64,000 nucleotides of DNA from NCBI GenBank assembly GCA_050012255.1, contig JBEKHN010000002.1, forward strand, positions 144,118 through 208,117, written 5' to 3'. This document shows positions 1-10,689 of the stretch, piece by piece (position 1 is the stretch's first letter; each line of letters begins with the position of its first letter). The notes beneath the pieces were generated by a model that was not told where the DNA came from, made no database searches, and saw only the letters and a program-made list of their open reading frames with translations. The stretch comes from Candidatus Bathyarchaeia archaeon. GTDB lineage: Archaea > Thermoproteota > Bathyarchaeia > Bathyarchaeales > Bathycorpusculaceae. A program made the position numbers and the translations under genes.

Positions 1-1248
1 CATCGTCAGCCTTTCCAGACCTATTGCCCAACCTGCATGCGGCGGCATTCCATAATCAAAAGCTTGCAGGTGGTGCTTGAAGGCTCCTGGGCTCAGACCC
101 TTCTCTCTAAGCCGTTTCATGAGCAGGTCTTTTGAGGCTATTCTCGCACCGCCTGAAACGAGCTCCAACCAGCGCCACATCAGGTCGAAGCCTTCAGAGA
201 TTTCGGGGTTGTCGTCACGCGGCTTCGTGTAGAAGGCTCTTGTCCCTGTTGGCCAGTCAACTATGAAGTAGAAGTACGGATGAAGCTTGCCCAGCTTCCT
301 ATAGGCCGGTGTCGGTATGTCCTCTCCCCATGGAATCTCCATGCCTTCTCGTTTCAGTTCTTCGAGAACTTCAGAGTATCTTAATCGTTTGAAAGGAACG
401 TCCGGCACCTTCAAGCTGTGTTTCATCGTATGCAATTCCCTCTGACATTTTTCAGCGACGGTCCTGCAAACGTGCCGCATGAGTTGCTCAAGTATCTGCA
501 TTACATCTTCAGCTGTTGCGAAAGCCTGTTCGATGTCTATCGACACAAACTCGCTCAGGTGGCTCCGAGTATGCGACTCTTCAGCTCTGAAAAAGGGTCC
601 GATCTCGAAGACTTTTTCCAAGCTCATGACAAGCTCTTCTTTGTACAACTGCGGGCTTTGAGCGAGGTACGCTTTTCTGTCAAAGTAGTCAAGCTGAAAG
701 AGTGCAGAGCCTCCTTCTGTCGATGAGGCAATTATGCGAGGCGTGTGCACCTCTATGAAACCTCTTTCGAACAGGAAGCCTCTGATTGCTTCTACCGCGG
801 TGTGTTGAACCTTGAAGGCTGCAATGTTTTTTTCTCGGCACAGGTCCAGTGCTCGTGCTTCCAAGCAAGTTTCGATATTTGCTGGGGTCTTGCCACAAAT
901 GTCTATTGGCAACTCTCGCGTGGCCGTGCCCAGAATCTTGATGTCCTTCGGTAGGACTTCGACGCCTCTTTGCGTCATGTTAGTCTTCTTCACTGTTCCT
1001 TTCACGGCTACGCTGTAGCGCCTCTGCAGTCCGTCGGACTTCGATATGACTTCGCTGGGGGCCTTCTTCCGAAGGATGGTGACTTGAATCGTGCCTTCCC
1101 TGTCCTGCAATATTATGAAGCGAATTCCGCCCAAGTCTCTTATTTCCTGGACCCAACCGAAGAGGGTAACCTCTTGGCCATCGAGGTCAGGTTTAACGTC
1201 AGCAGAATAGTGTGTTCTGCGCCAATCATCAATGGAATCTAGTTTCAT
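1..1248 (-). CDS. aspS: aspartyl-tRNA synthetase (3' end runs off window)
   Basis: Manual translation: N-terminus MKLDSIDDWRRTHYS..GWVQEIRDLGGIRFIILQDREG (OB fold); motif 3 YGMPPHAGWAIGLERLTM in the same frame at the window edge. Confidence 0.93.
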   Translation of the reverse strand, partial: MKLDSIDDWRRTHYSADVKPDLDGQEVTLFGWVQEIRDLGGIRFIILQDREGTIQVTILRKKAPSEVISKSDGLQRRYSVAVKGTVKKTNMTQRGVEVLPKDIKILGTATRELPIDICGKTPANIETCLEARALDLCREKNIAAFKVQHTAVEAIRGFLFERGFIEVHTPRIIASSTEGGSALFQLDYFDRKAYLAQSPQLYKEELVMSLEKVFEIGPFFRAEESHTRSHLSEFVSIDIEQAFATAEDVMQILEQLMRHVCRTVAEKCQRELHTMKHSLKVPDVPFKRLRYSEVLEELKREGMEIPWGEDIPTPAYRKLGKLHPYFYFIVDWPTGTRAFYTKPRDDNPEISEGFDLMWRWLELVSGGARIASKDLLMKRLREKGLSPGAFKHHLQAFDYGMPPHAGWAIGLERLTM

Positions 1249-1269
1249 GAGAGCCCTTCACCGTGCTGC

Positions 1270-1779
1270 CTAGTCCGCAAACTCTACTCGCAACGTTATG
1301 TTGCGAACTCTACTGGCGATCTCCTTTAAAGCCTTTACATCAAAAGACGGGTGTGTCACACGTCTTCTTCGCAGAATAACTCGAGTTTCCATGCTTCCGT
1401 CTGGCAACCATATCGTGTTAATCGTCATTATGCTGATGGGGGCAAAAAGGTCTTCCAGAAATTTTCTGTCATCGACGCCGTACTCTAAAACACGAATGTT
1501 CTTGCCTGTCTCGTCGCCTATTGCTCTGACGATCTTCCCTCCGTAACCCAAGAGGCGTGGGACATCTCCGGGGCCAACGACTATGGCCAAGGTGCCGTCG
1601 GCATCGATTGCCTTGTGAAAGTATAAGTTTTGAAGAGAGGGGTACTTTTCCTCTAACGACATCAGTATACGGGCGATTTTCAGGTCAAGCTCGCTTATTT
1701 CTCCAGACTTTACTTTAGCTAAACACTTTTGGCACAGCATACCACTCTTTAGACAGAAGCTGCAAAGCCCCATCTTCAA
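1270..1779 (-). CDS. NusA-like KH-domain protein with N-terminal Cys cluster
   Basis: CxxCxKSGxLCxxC N-terminus; KH-like GYGGKIVRAI motif. Confidence 0.75.
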   Translation of the reverse strand: MKMGLCSFCLKSGMLCQKCLAKVKSGEISELDLKIARILMSLEEKYPSLQNLYFHKAIDADGTLAIVVGPGDVPRLLGYGGKIVRAIGDETGKNIRVLEYGVDDRKFLEDLFAPISIMTINTIWLPDGSMETRVILRRRRVTHPSFDVKALKEIASRVRNITLRVEFAD

Positions 1780-1845
1780 CTACAAAATCGCCCTCCGCGA
1801 ACAAAGGAGGGGCGGCGGAGCATTGAGACTAGCGAGAAACGATTC

Positions 1846-2124
1846 TTAGCGTTCAAGCGAGATCTCGATTGTGCTCACGTTTGAAGGCGAGCCACCCTCT
1901 TCTCTGGGTGCCATCTGCTGTGTTCCAATGCCAACATTTTTGACTTTTACGTCTGGCAGGAATCTGTGTCTGACGACTTCGACGACGTCGACTGCTCGAC
2001 TTATTGATCTCCCTCGTGCCTTGACGTTCACTTCCTTCGCTCCGCCGTGAAAGAGGGTTATGCATGCCAGTACATAGTTCATTACTGGCTTGTTTCCGAT
2101 CAGCACTGCGTTGCTTTCAGACAT
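1846..2124 (-). CDS. albA: DNA/RNA-binding protein Alba
   Basis: [25 protein letters not shown] and VSTIEI signatures. Confidence 0.95.
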   Translation of the reverse strand: MSESNAVLIGNKPVMNYVLACITLFHGGAKEVNVKARGRSISRAVDVVEVVRHRFLPDVKVKNVGIGTQQMAPREEGGSPSNVSTIEISLER

Positions 2125-2337
2125 TTTGTACCGCCCTACTCCTAGTTTTCATTTTTTCTGTAGGCTCGATAACCTTCCTTCTCGGCAGATAAATACATTA
2201 CGGTTTCAATTCGCAGTTGACAAAACGTCAAATCCCATCGCATTTGATCCAATTTGCCTCTGTCTTGCTAAAAACTTAAAAGAGAGCTACTATTGTAAAA
2301 CTCTAACTTAACAAACTACAACGATGAGGAACAGTGT

Positions 2338-2796
2338 TTGGAAGCGCTGACAAGACGGTCAATGCAGCTACTTCGAATGCTCTACGAAAGAGGCGAGTCC
2401 ACAAGCACCTATACGCTTCGCTTGAAGCAAGATGAACTGGCAAAACAGCTCGGCATAAGCAGGCAGGCCTTGAACGTTCATCTGAGAAAACTCAGGGATC
2501 TACGCTACATACGTACGGGCAGAGGCTTCATAGACGTGACAGACCGGGGATTAAGCGCGCTTGGAATATCCTCAACGCCCGCCTTCATACTGATCAAGGT
2601 TTCACCGCTCAAAAGGAGTTACGTGTACGAGAAAGTCAAGGAACTTGCCGTTCAAAGAGCGTTTAGAATCGCAGGAGACGTTGACGCACTTGCCGTGGTT
2701 GACAGGGAGAAGCTTGATGAAGTATTGAAAAAGCTGTCTTCTGTTGACGGTGTACAGGACACAAAGTCCTACGTCACGATAGAAGCCATAAGATGA
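2338..2796 (+). CDS. Lrp/AsnC family transcriptional regulator
   Basis: HTH ELAKQLGISRQALNVHLRKL plus RAM-like C-terminus IAGDVD..DGVQDTKSYV. Confidence 0.8.
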   Translation: MEALTRRSMQLLRMLYERGESTSTYTLRLKQDELAKQLGISRQALNVHLRKLRDLRYIRTGRGFIDVTDRGLSALGISSTPAFILIKVSPLKRSYVYEKVKELAVQRAFRIAGDVDALAVVDREKLDEVLKKLSSVDGVQDTKSYVTIEAIR

Positions 2797-2808
2797 GGGG
2801 GGCGAGGG

Positions 2809-3945
2809 TTGAAGCTTTATGAGTATGAAGCAAAAACCATTCTTGGGAAACACGGCATCACAACGCCTCAGGGCGGATTGGCGACGAGTGCGGACCAGGC
2901 TCGCGAAGTCGCCGCTAAGCTCAGGCTGCCAGTCGTGGTTAAGGCTCAAGTGTTAGTCGCTGGAAGAGGAAAGGCAGGCGGCATACTTTTTGTCCAGTCG
3001 GTTGAGGAGGCTGAAAGAGCAGCAGAAAAGCTGCTGAGCATGAAGATAAAGGAGATACCTGTCAAAAGCGTCTGGGTCGAGGAGAAAATTCAGGTTAAGA
3101 AAGAGCTTTACTTTGGCATAACAACTGACAGACTTAACCGATGCTACGTTGCTGTGGCTTCTTCACTGGGCGGCGTGGACATCGAGGAAGTAGCTTCGAA
3201 AACCCCTGAAAAAGTGGTGAAAACCTCCATAAACCCCCAGCTCGGTCTCCGCTCCTTTCAAACCAAAGAAATTGCAACGAAGATGGGTTACAGGGGCAAC
3301 CAGATATCTGACTTGGGAAAAACCCTCGAAAGACTTTACGCTGCTGGGTTGGAAAATGACGCTGAATTGATTGAGATGAACCCCTTGACGGAGACTGCGG
3401 AAGGGAATTTTGTGGCGGCGGACGCAAGGATCATCGTCGATGACAACGCATTGTTCAGGCATCAAGATTACAAGAAGAGGCTTCTGGAAGGCGAAAGCGA
3501 CCTTAGTCCACAGGAGACGGAAGCCATGAACAACGATCTGGCGTACGTTAGACTGGAAGGCAACATAGGCGTGATCGGCAACGGAGCAGGCCTCGTGATG
3601 GCGACACTGGACACGATCCAGTACTACGGGGGAAAACCAGCCAACTTCTTAGATGTCGGAGGCGGAGCGCCATCAGAAAAAACGGCCCTGGCGCTGAAAA
3701 TAGTGTTGTCTGATCCGCGGGTTAAGACACTCTTCATAAACATCCTAGGCGGGATCACGCGCTGTGACGAAGTTGCACGAGGCATACTTGAGGCGAAAGA
3801 GAAGGTCGGAGTAACCACGCCCATGGTGATCAGACTCGTAGGCACAAACGACGCGGAGGGCAAGCGAATACTGAAAGAGGCCGGGATCCACGTGCTAGAA
3901 AGCATGGAAGAGGCCGCTCGGCGAGTCGTTGAAATGTCCAAGTAG
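2809..3945 (+). CDS. sucC: succinyl-CoA ligase beta subunit
   Basis: [38 protein letters not shown]. Confidence 0.95.
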   Translation: MKLYEYEAKTILGKHGITTPQGGLATSADQAREVAAKLRLPVVVKAQVLVAGRGKAGGILFVQSVEEAERAAEKLLSMKIKEIPVKSVWVEEKIQVKKELYFGITTDRLNRCYVAVASSLGGVDIEEVASKTPEKVVKTSINPQLGLRSFQTKEIATKMGYRGNQISDLGKTLERLYAAGLENDAELIEMNPLTETAEGNFVAADARIIVDDNALFRHQDYKKRLLEGESDLSPQETEAMNNDLAYVRLEGNIGVIGNGAGLVMATLDTIQYYGGKPANFLDVGGGAPSEKTALALKIVLSDPRVKTLFINILGGITRCDEVARGILEAKEKVGVTTPMVIRLVGTNDAEGKRILKEAGIHVLESMEEAARRVVEMSK

Positions 3946-3959
3946 GGAGGCAACTGGCT

Positions 3960-4841
3960 TTGGCAATCATAATTGGCAAGAACACACGGGCAATCGTTCA
4001 AGGCATAACCGGATCTCAAGGAAGTTTCCACACTAAGCTCATGATCGACTGTGGAACAAGAATAGTTGCTGGCACCTCGCCTGGGAAGGGAGGATTGGAA
4101 GTGCACGGCGTTCCAGTCTACGATACCGTTGAGGAAGCCCAGGAAAAACGTCGTGCCAATGCTTCGATAATTTTTGTGCCGGCGCCGTTTGCAGCAGACG
4201 CAGCGCTTGAAGCGCTTGACAACGGTTTAAGAACGGTCGTGATAATTACCGAACACATCCCGATAAGAGACGCTATCGAAGTCATGGCCTATGCGAGTCA
4301 GAAGAAGGCTAGGATAATTGGTCCAAACACTCCTGGCATAATAACGCCTGGAGCCTGCAAGCTCGGCATCATGCCTTCACACATCTTCACGTCTGGCGGC
4401 GTGGGCATGGTTTCTAGGAGCGGCACCCTCACTTATGAGATAGCTGCCGGTTTGACGAGGAAAGGCTTAGGTCAGTCGACGTGTCTCGGTGTTGGGGGAG
4501 ACTCGATAACAGGGCTAAATTTCACAGACGCCCTGAAGATGTTCGGGAAGGACCCTGAAACAAGAGCTGTGGTTTTGATAGGTGAGATCGGCGGCAACCT
4601 TGAAGAGCTGGCGGCAAGTTACATTGCGACGGAGAAATACCCGAAACCCGTTGTAGCATTCGTTGCTGGTCGTTCGGCTCCGCCGGGAAAACGCATGGGC
4701 CATGCAGGTGCGATAGTTATGGGCAGAGCAGGAACAGCTGAAAGCAAGATTGAAGCTTTCAAGGAAGCCGGCGTTGCAGTCGCTGAGAAACCAGGTGACG
4801 TACCTGAACTGTTGGCAAAAAAGGTTGACATCAAAGAGTAG
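3960..4841 (+). CDS. sucD: succinyl-CoA ligase alpha subunit
   Basis: [26 protein letters not shown] phospho-His motif. Confidence 0.95.
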   Translation: MAIIIGKNTRAIVQGITGSQGSFHTKLMIDCGTRIVAGTSPGKGGLEVHGVPVYDTVEEAQEKRRANASIIFVPAPFAADAALEALDNGLRTVVIITEHIPIRDAIEVMAYASQKKARIIGPNTPGIITPGACKLGIMPSHIFTSGGVGMVSRSGTLTYEIAAGLTRKGLGQSTCLGVGGDSITGLNFTDALKMFGKDPETRAVVLIGEIGGNLEELAASYIATEKYPKPVVAFVAGRSAPPGKRMGHAGAIVMGRAGTAESKIEAFKEAGVAVAEKPGDVPELLAKKVDIKE

Positions 4842-4921
4842 CCAATGTTGCCGCGGAGAACAAAAAGTATATTTGACACTGAACCGTGTGAGTGTTAACC
4901 TCCGAAAAGTGGGACAAGAAA

Positions 4922-5083
4922 ATGCCAATATTGGATCCGCTGAAGAAGGCACTGGCTCAGAAGCACAGGCTGTACATGAAAATATGCCGCGAATGCGGTG
5001 CAAGGAACGCTGCGACCGCGACAAAGTGTAGAAAGTGTCATGCAAAGAACCTGCGGTGGAAGAAAAGAGAAATCGTGAAGTAG
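4922..5083 (+). CDS. rpl40e: 50S ribosomal protein L40e
   Basis: KICRECGARNAATATKCRKC..LRWKK. Confidence 0.92.
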   Translation: MPILDPLKKALAQKHRLYMKICRECGARNAATATKCRKCHAKNLRWKKREIVK

Positions 5084-5105
5084 TCTTCGCCTGTATTCTG
5101 TTTTC

Positions 5106-5720
5106 TTACAGAACGTTGAACAGTGTTTCAATGTTAAAAACCGTGTTGGCGCATCCATTTTTTATCAGTGGAACGTGCTGGCCAACGACGTTCATGGCTT
5201 TCAACATGTCTCCTCCGAGTCTCACTTCTTCGCCGCAGGCGACTCCGACGACGCCTTCATACCGCTTGGCCTTTAGAATCTTTGGGATGCAAGAACCGCC
5301 TGGCAGGATGTAAACGTCATAGCCTTTCTTCTGGCCGAAGAGCACCGCTCTTCCTATGGGGCAGTCTGGTGAGCAGTGGGCGCATACGTAAGATGGGATG
5401 CTCGGGTCGAAGGACGCCCTGCATCTGTTGTCCATGAACTTCCTGGAGCAGTGAGGCAGGAACAAGGCTCTCCTTTTTGTTTGGACGAATTTTTCTCTTT
5501 CAATGAGGTTTCTTGCTTGTGTATCCATCAGGTCTTCTAGAAGGGTTACAGCGTCGTACAAGTTGAGGCCTGTTGCCTCTTCTATCTTGAATTTTCTTAT
5601 GATCTCTTGTGCCGTTTTGCTAACCTGTTTATGCATGCCCTTTTGATAGCTGGCCTTAGCTATCTCAGTGAAGAAGAAGCGCGGGATTTTTGAGAGATCA
5701 AACGTGAACTTGTATGGCAT
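5106..5720 (-). CDS. DUF116 family protein
   Basis: LFLPHC, CAHC..DCPIG, YILPGGS, VGVAC and C-terminal GC pattern. Confidence 0.75.
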   Translation of the reverse strand: MPYKFTFDLSKIPRFFFTEIAKASYQKGMHKQVSKTAQEIIRKFKIEEATGLNLYDAVTLLEDLMDTQARNLIEREKFVQTKRRALFLPHCSRKFMDNRCRASFDPSIPSYVCAHCSPDCPIGRAVLFGQKKGYDVYILPGGSCIPKILKAKRYEGVVGVACGEEVRLGGDMLKAMNVVGQHVPLIKNGCANTVFNIETLFNVL

Positions 5721-5803
5721 ACCCTAGCTTGTGGACAGACAAACCTTTAAGATTAACTATTGTATACTAGTCCAAAATTGAAGATATTCAAAGCTGCGGA
5801 GGT

Positions 5804-6202
5804 TTGGCGTTGCAAAGGTTAAGAAGAAGAAGAGAAGAAAAGAAATCGGATGTTGAACGTGAGGGGGAGGTTTCGGAACTTGAACAGCTTGCTGGGAACG
5901 ACAGGGAAACCTACGAAGCATTGTGTGCAACGATGTTTCTCGACCCTAGGAAGATCGAGACTTCTTTGAAGCAGGCTGCTGACAACGCTAAGAAGAGTGA
6001 AAAAGACGGGGATATGGCAAGGGCTGGGATGTGGTATGAGGTCGCTGGGGGGCTAGCGATCTACGAGGGAAACGTGAAGAAAGTCATCGAGCATTACGCT
6101 GATGCAGGAAGAGTCACAGGTCGACAATACGTGATATTGAAAAACCCTGAAAAAGCGGTGGCCGTTGCGCAAGAATATTACAAGAAGGTCCTGTTGGCTT
6201 AG
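5804..6202 (+). CDS. hypothetical helical protein
   Basis: 132-aa ORF with GGAGG SD-like sequence upstream. Confidence 0.6.
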   Translation: MALQRLRRRREEKKSDVEREGEVSELEQLAGNDRETYEALCATMFLDPRKIETSLKQAADNAKKSEKDGDMARAGMWYEVAGGLAIYEGNVKKVIEHYADAGRVTGRQYVILKNPEKAVAVAQEYYKKVLLA

Positions 6203-6251
6203 CCGCAGAAATATCTGGTCTTCAAGTCAAAAACCGTGAGTAGCGGTTTTT

Positions 6252-6677
6252 CTATTTTTCTTCTTCAGTATATCCCAAAAGGTCTCTAAGAGATCTCACT
6301 TCTTCTCTGAGCACACTCACTTCGCTTTCAAGGGCGTCCGCTCTAGACTCTGCAACTTTTCTCAAGTTTTCGATCTCGACCATGAGGTTTGCCCGTTCTG
6401 TTTCCAGAGTTTTTATCTTCTCGCGGAGATTCGTGAGCGTCTGCATGAGTTCTTCCTTGATGCCCTTAATTCTTCCTACCATATTTTTAATACTTGCTGT
6501 CTGTTGAATTTTCGTTTCATGTTCAACGGCCGATCTGAACCTAGCCTTGCAACTGGGACATTCGAATATGGCAGCAAGCTTGACTTCTTCACCTTTTTTC
6601 AAGGGCTTACGAGAGGGAATCGGCCAAGTCTTGACAGGCGCGGCCACTTCGCAGCCGCATTTTGGACAGTTGACCAA
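6252..6677 (-). CDS. Cren7-like zinc-ribbon domain fused to coiled coil
   Basis: CPKCG..PVKTW..IFECPSC..RFR followed by a heptad-rich C-terminus. Confidence 0.6.
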   Translation of the reverse strand: MVNCPKCGCEVAAPVKTWPIPSRKPLKKGEEVKLAAIFECPSCKARFRSAVEHETKIQQTASIKNMVGRIKGIKEELMQTLTNLREKIKTLETERANLMVEIENLRKVAESRADALESEVSVLREEVRSLRDLLGYTEEEK

Positions 6678-6778
6678 GCAGATTCCTCGTGTGATTTATG
6701 GCGTGCTGCGTCTAAAATCTGTTTTGCAGAAAAGCATGGAACGCGCTGTTGACGTTAAGAAAAAAGGGAGGGAGTGTG

Positions 6779-7753
6779 TTAGATGGTCATGTGGAACATT
6801 AGCCTTTCAACAAGCTCTTTGTACCTGTTTCGAATGGTGACCTCGGTTACCTGCGCTATCTCGGCTATTTCTCTCTGTGTTTTTCTTTCGCCGGTCAGTA
6901 CAGAGGCAATGTAACTTGCTGCTGCTGCGATGCCCGTGGGGCCTCGGCCTGAGGTCAGTTTGAGTTCTTTTGCTGCTCCTAGGATTTTGTGGGCGATCTC
7001 TTCGACCTTTCCTTGCATCGTTAGTTGATTTGAGAACTTTGTGATGTACTGGCTTGGTCTCACGGGCGGTATCGAATAGTTCAGTTCCTTGATTAGAAAG
7101 CGGTAGCTCCGTCCGACTTCCTTCTTGTTCACACTCGAAGCTTGTGCTATCTCCTCCAATGTTCTAGCCAGTGCACACTGTCTGCAGGCCAGATAGATTG
7201 CTGCTGCTGTTACGCCTTGAATGGACCTTCCTCTTATGAGCCTCTCTTTGACGGCCTTTCTGTAGATGACCGAAGCTGTTTCAAGAATGCTCTTGGGAAG
7301 GTTCAGGTTGTTGGCAATCTTTGTGATTTCGGACAATGCGAAAGCAAGGTTGCGTTCCGTCGCGTCTGAAACCCTTATGCGACGCTGCCATTTTCTGAGC
7401 CTGTAAACCTGTGCCTTCTGTCCTGGCGATAGGCTTTTCCCATAAACGTCTCTGTCGTGCCAATCAATCATCGTTGACAAGCCTTTGTCGTGAATAGTGT
7501 AGGTCAACGGTGCGCCTACCCTCGTTCTCTTGGCTCTTTGTTCATCGTCGAAAGCTCTCCACTCTGGTCCTCTGTCAGTTATCTTCGCAGCCAGGACGAA
7601 ACCGCAGTTCATACAAACGATTTCTGCACATTCATAATCGCGCATGAGCCTTGCGCTGTGGCATTCCGGACAGGTCTGGATCTTTACGTGCTCAGGGTTC
7701 TGCGGCGATGCGGATGAATCTGGGTTTGCCTGAGCTTCGTCGCTTTCATCCAT
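6779..7753 (-). CDS. tfb: transcription initiation factor IIB
   Basis: CPEC..CMNCG Zn ribbon, GPEWRAF, two cyclin repeats, [13 protein letters not shown]. Confidence 0.96.
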   Translation of the reverse strand: MDESDEAQANPDSSASPQNPEHVKIQTCPECHSARLMRDYECAEIVCMNCGFVLAAKITDRGPEWRAFDDEQRAKRTRVGAPLTYTIHDKGLSTMIDWHDRDVYGKSLSPGQKAQVYRLRKWQRRIRVSDATERNLAFALSEITKIANNLNLPKSILETASVIYRKAVKERLIRGRSIQGVTAAAIYLACRQCALARTLEEIAQASSVNKKEVGRSYRFLIKELNYSIPPVRPSQYITKFSNQLTMQGKVEEIAHKILGAAKELKLTSGRGPTGIAAAASYIASVLTGERKTQREIAEIAQVTEVTIRNRYKELVERLMFHMTI

Positions 7754-8003
7754 ACTTGTTTTTCTCCTTTCTCCTCCTTGAGGGGATTACGTAGACTGGT
7801 TTGTTGACTAATCTTTCAAGACCATGCATGGTGGGTCTTATTGCCACGTAAGGCGAGGACACTGGACCAAGTATGTCAAAAACCTTTCCGACGGGTTTTA
7901 GGTTTTCATCGACGACTGTTTCGCCAATCCTCGGAATGTTTTCAACCTTCGTTATCATGTTCCGACTTGGGCTTATGTGAAGGATTAGGCCTAGTCTCTG
8001 CAA
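7746..8003 (-). CDS. gar1: H/ACA RNP component Gar1
   Basis: [24 protein letters not shown]; gar1-tfb adjacency is common in archaea. Confidence 0.85.
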   Translation of the reverse strand: MQRLGLILHISPSRNMITKVENIPRIGETVVDENLKPVGKVFDILGPVSSPYVAIRPTMHGLERLVNKPVYVIPSRRRKEKNKYG

Positions 8004-8394
8004 ATTTTAGTTTCCCCTCACGAAAAGCAAAATGCTTCAGCCAAGCAGCCTATTTAAACTTTTCTACGTTTAAATTTTAGGAACGCGGTCATTTTCTAAA
8101 AACTGGCCTGCAACAGCCGATTTTAACCTTGATTATGATCGAGATCTGGCAGAAATTTGACTTGCGCGTTCTAAATGTCAGCTTTTCATTGTCCAAGCGC
8201 GTGATTTGCGTGAAAACTTCTGAAGGGAAAGACTTGTTCGTCTATTGGTACGGCAAAACACTTTTTCTCGGCGCAAGGTGCCGGACTGGGTCGAGGCTTA
8301 TCATGAAAACACGTAGCAAAAGGTTACTTTGAGAGGTCGAAACCTTCATAAATAAGGACTGTTGATTAGACTGTGCATTTGAAGGGTGAGGCTT

Positions 8395-8775
8395 ATGTCC
8401 AAACCGTTTTATGTGAAGTTCGAGGTTTCGAAGGAACTTGCAGATGCGGCCTATGAAGCCCTGCAAATAGCCGCAAAAACAGGCGCTGTGAGGAAAGGCA
8501 CGAACGAAACGACGAAGGCTATTGAAAGAGCTCAGGCCAAGCTTGTGGTTGTGGCAGAGGATGTACAGCCGCCAGAGGTTGTCGCGCACTTGCCTCTTCT
8601 GTGCGAGGAAAGGAAGATTCCTTACATCTTCGTCCCGAGCAAGGAGAAGATAGGCAGCGCGATAGGCATTGATGTTCCTGCTGGGGCCGCAAGCATCGTC
8701 AAAGAAGGAGACGCCACGGGACTGGTCAAGGAGATAGTTGAAAGAATCGAGCAGGCCAAAAGAGGAGCAAAGTGA
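8395..8775 (+). CDS. rpl7ae: 50S ribosomal protein L7Ae
   Basis: [32 protein letters not shown]. Confidence 0.96.
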   Translation: MSKPFYVKFEVSKELADAAYEALQIAAKTGAVRKGTNETTKAIERAQAKLVVVAEDVQPPEVVAHLPLLCEERKIPYIFVPSKEKIGSAIGIDVPAGAASIVKEGDATGLVKEIVERIEQAKRGAK

Positions 8776-9005
8776 TGAGCAGAGAGGCAAGAGAGACTGA
8801 GCATATACAGCTTACCCCGGCCGAGGTAATTCAAGTCATCGGGCGCACAGGTGTGACGGGTGAAATCGCTCAGGTCAGAATACGAATTCTCGAAGGAAAA
8901 GACAAAGGGCGCATCATAACGCGCAACGTTAAAGGACCAGTTCGGGTTCAAGACGTTCTCATGCTCAGAGAAACTGAGAGGGAAGCAAAGAAGATCAGTA
9001 GATAA
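8775..9005 (+). CDS. rps28e: 30S ribosomal protein S28e
   Basis: [22 protein letters not shown]. Confidence 0.96.
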   Translation: MSREARETEHIQLTPAEVIQVIGRTGVTGEIAQVRIRILEGKDKGRIITRNVKGPVRVQDVLMLRETEREAKKISR

Positions 9006-9027
9006 ATTCGAATCAGAATCGCAGGGG

Positions 9028-9234
9028 ATGCCCATCATGCCGAGACCTAGGAAATGCTCATTCTGCGGTAACGATTTCCCAGCGGGCACGGGCATGATGT
9101 ACGTCAAGAACGACGGGTCAGTCTTGTGGTTCTGCTCAAGCAAATGCAGAAAGAGCTCCTTGATGTTTGGAAGAGACGCGCGAAAGCTCAAATGGACAGC
9201 ATACTTCGGGAAGGAAGAAAAAGGAAAAGCCTAG
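9028..9234 (+). CDS. rpl24e: 50S ribosomal protein L24e
   Basis: [27 protein letters not shown]. Confidence 0.96.
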   Translation: MPIMPRPRKCSFCGNDFPAGTGMMYVKNDGSVLWFCSSKCRKSSLMFGRDARKLKWTAYFGKEEKGKA

Positions 9235-9313
9235 AATTCCATTCGTAAAGAAGACGCACTAACCTTTCAGCTTCAACTGTCTTTTTCGGACGAGAATCCT
9301 GAACTGGCTTGTT

Positions 9314-9438
9314 TGGTAGCGGGGGGTTGATTTGAACAACCGCTAGAGGCAGCTTGATCTAGCTGCTATCTCTGGGTCCCTCAGAGCATTCGAGCTCTTA
9401 TGAGCCCAGCGGGTTAATCCTGGCTACCCCACCCCGCT
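9314..9438 (-). tRNA. initiator tRNA-Met(CAT), encoded CCA, two introns: 9378-9398 (position 37/38) and 9343-9367 (position 47/48)
   Basis: Acceptor stem AGCGGGG/CCCCGCT (A1-U72), anticodon stem CTGGG/CCCAG, CAT anticodon at 9402-9400, T arm GGTTG-TTCAAAT-CAACC; both inserts form BHB motifs. Confidence 0.95.
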
Positions 9439-9568
9439 GCTTCTTTTATGCTGACGGGTTGCTCTCTTAAATCTTTTACCAAAAAGATTTGGCCTACAAG
9501 CAGAGTTTTCCGCCCTCCTTGAAGTCGCCTGGAAGACGGAAACGTTTTAGACTCGCAATGCTCACCTA

Positions 9569-10234
9569 TTGAGTTTGGTGCATCGAGGCTTGAACAAACC
9601 CTATCTCAGACAGACATCAAGTCCAACCCTTAAGAATCCGATTTTTGTGCAAGGTCTTCCCGGGTTCGGGAACGTTGGCAAGATTGCAGCTTACCTGTTG
9701 ATGAAGTTTTCTGGAGCGAAGCTTTTTGCCGAGCTGTATTCACCCTCCTTCCCAGACTATGTTTCAATCAATTCCAAGGGGATCTGTCATCTGCCGCGGT
9801 ACGAGTTCTACGCCGCACCTACAGAAAAAAATGATTTCATCATAATGACAGGTGACACGCAGCCCTCTTTCGACGATGTGGTCGCGCATTACGCGCTCTG
9901 CAGTGAAACGCTGGATTTCATCGAAAAGAGAGGTTGCAGCTTCCTTGTAACGCTGGGCGGAGCACCCGTTAAAGATGAGAAGGCACAGGTGTACGTGGCG
10001 GCAACTTCACCAAGAATTGCGTTGGAATTTATGGAGAAAGGCGCCGTGATTTACAGCAAGGGCAGGGTCGTCGGGGCTACAGGTCTCACGTTGGGGCTGG
10101 CAAAGGAGCGCGGCTTAGAAGGTGTGTGCTTGCTGGGGACAACGACGGGCTTCAGAGCAGACCGAGGCGCAGGTTTTGCCGTGTTCAAGTTTCTGATGAA
10201 GGCTCTGGGCAACGAGGTAAAGGAAGGGTTATAA
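9569..10234 (+). CDS. PAC2 family proteasome assembly chaperone-like protein
   Basis: GLPGFGNVGKIA, TGDTQP, TLGG, GVCLLG. Confidence 0.85.
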   Translation: MSLVHRGLNKPYLRQTSSPTLKNPIFVQGLPGFGNVGKIAAYLLMKFSGAKLFAELYSPSFPDYVSINSKGICHLPRYEFYAAPTEKNDFIIMTGDTQPSFDDVVAHYALCSETLDFIEKRGCSFLVTLGGAPVKDEKAQVYVAATSPRIALEFMEKGAVIYSKGRVVGATGLTLGLAKERGLEGVCLLGTTTGFRADRGAGFAVFKFLMKALGNEVKEGL

Positions 10235-10243
10235 GAGAAAACA

Positions 10244-10495
10244 TTGATTTTAAGTTTTCATCGAGGCGAGCGAAGGTTGACGGAACAAAAGCAGAAGGCA
10301 AAAGCTGGCTTCTTTAAGTCCAAGTACTGGAGAATGCTTCTCGTGCTTGTGATGGGTATCTTGCTGTTTGGAGCACCATACGCAACGTACATTTTGCACA
10401 CTCACTACACCATTTCAACGATCGCCGGGTTCGGAGCCGTCTTCCTAGGTTTGTTGCTGATGTGGTACCTGATTAGAACCAAAGTCATTTCCTGA
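10244..10495 (+). CDS. small two-TM membrane protein
   Basis: Two hydrophobic segments; start codon uncertain. Confidence 0.55.
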   Translation: MILSFHRGERRLTEQKQKAKAGFFKSKYWRMLLVLVMGILLFGAPYATYILHTHYTISTIAGFGAVFLGLLLMWYLIRTKVIS

Positions 10496-10508
10496 GTACA
10501 AGCTGTTT

Positions 10509-10567
10509 CTGCCTCAGATACCCTAGAGTACATCACCTTTTCAGACATTATGATTCGTCATCGGCAG
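10509..10567 (-). ncRNA. C/D-box guide sRNA
   Basis: Minus strand reads CTGCC-G-ATGACGA(C)-ATCATAATGT-CTGA(D')-AAAG-GTGATGT(C')-ACTCTAGGGTAT-CTGA(D)-GGCAG; 5-bp terminal stem; TATA-like TTTTTAAC about 22 nt upstream. Confidence 0.85.
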
Positions 10568-10689
10568 GTCTAAACGTGCGTGAGCCCTGTTAAAAATTGT
10601 TCGGTTGAAAGAGGTTAGCAAAACATATAGTCTAGCCAACGGCAATTACCTGTGTTGGACATTATTCTTTGAGCAAAGAGTGTGCAAAG

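Noticed and set aside
8360-8395. Autoregulatory kink-turn in the rpl7ae leader
   Set aside because: GA-containing words exist, but I could not build convincing flanking helices.
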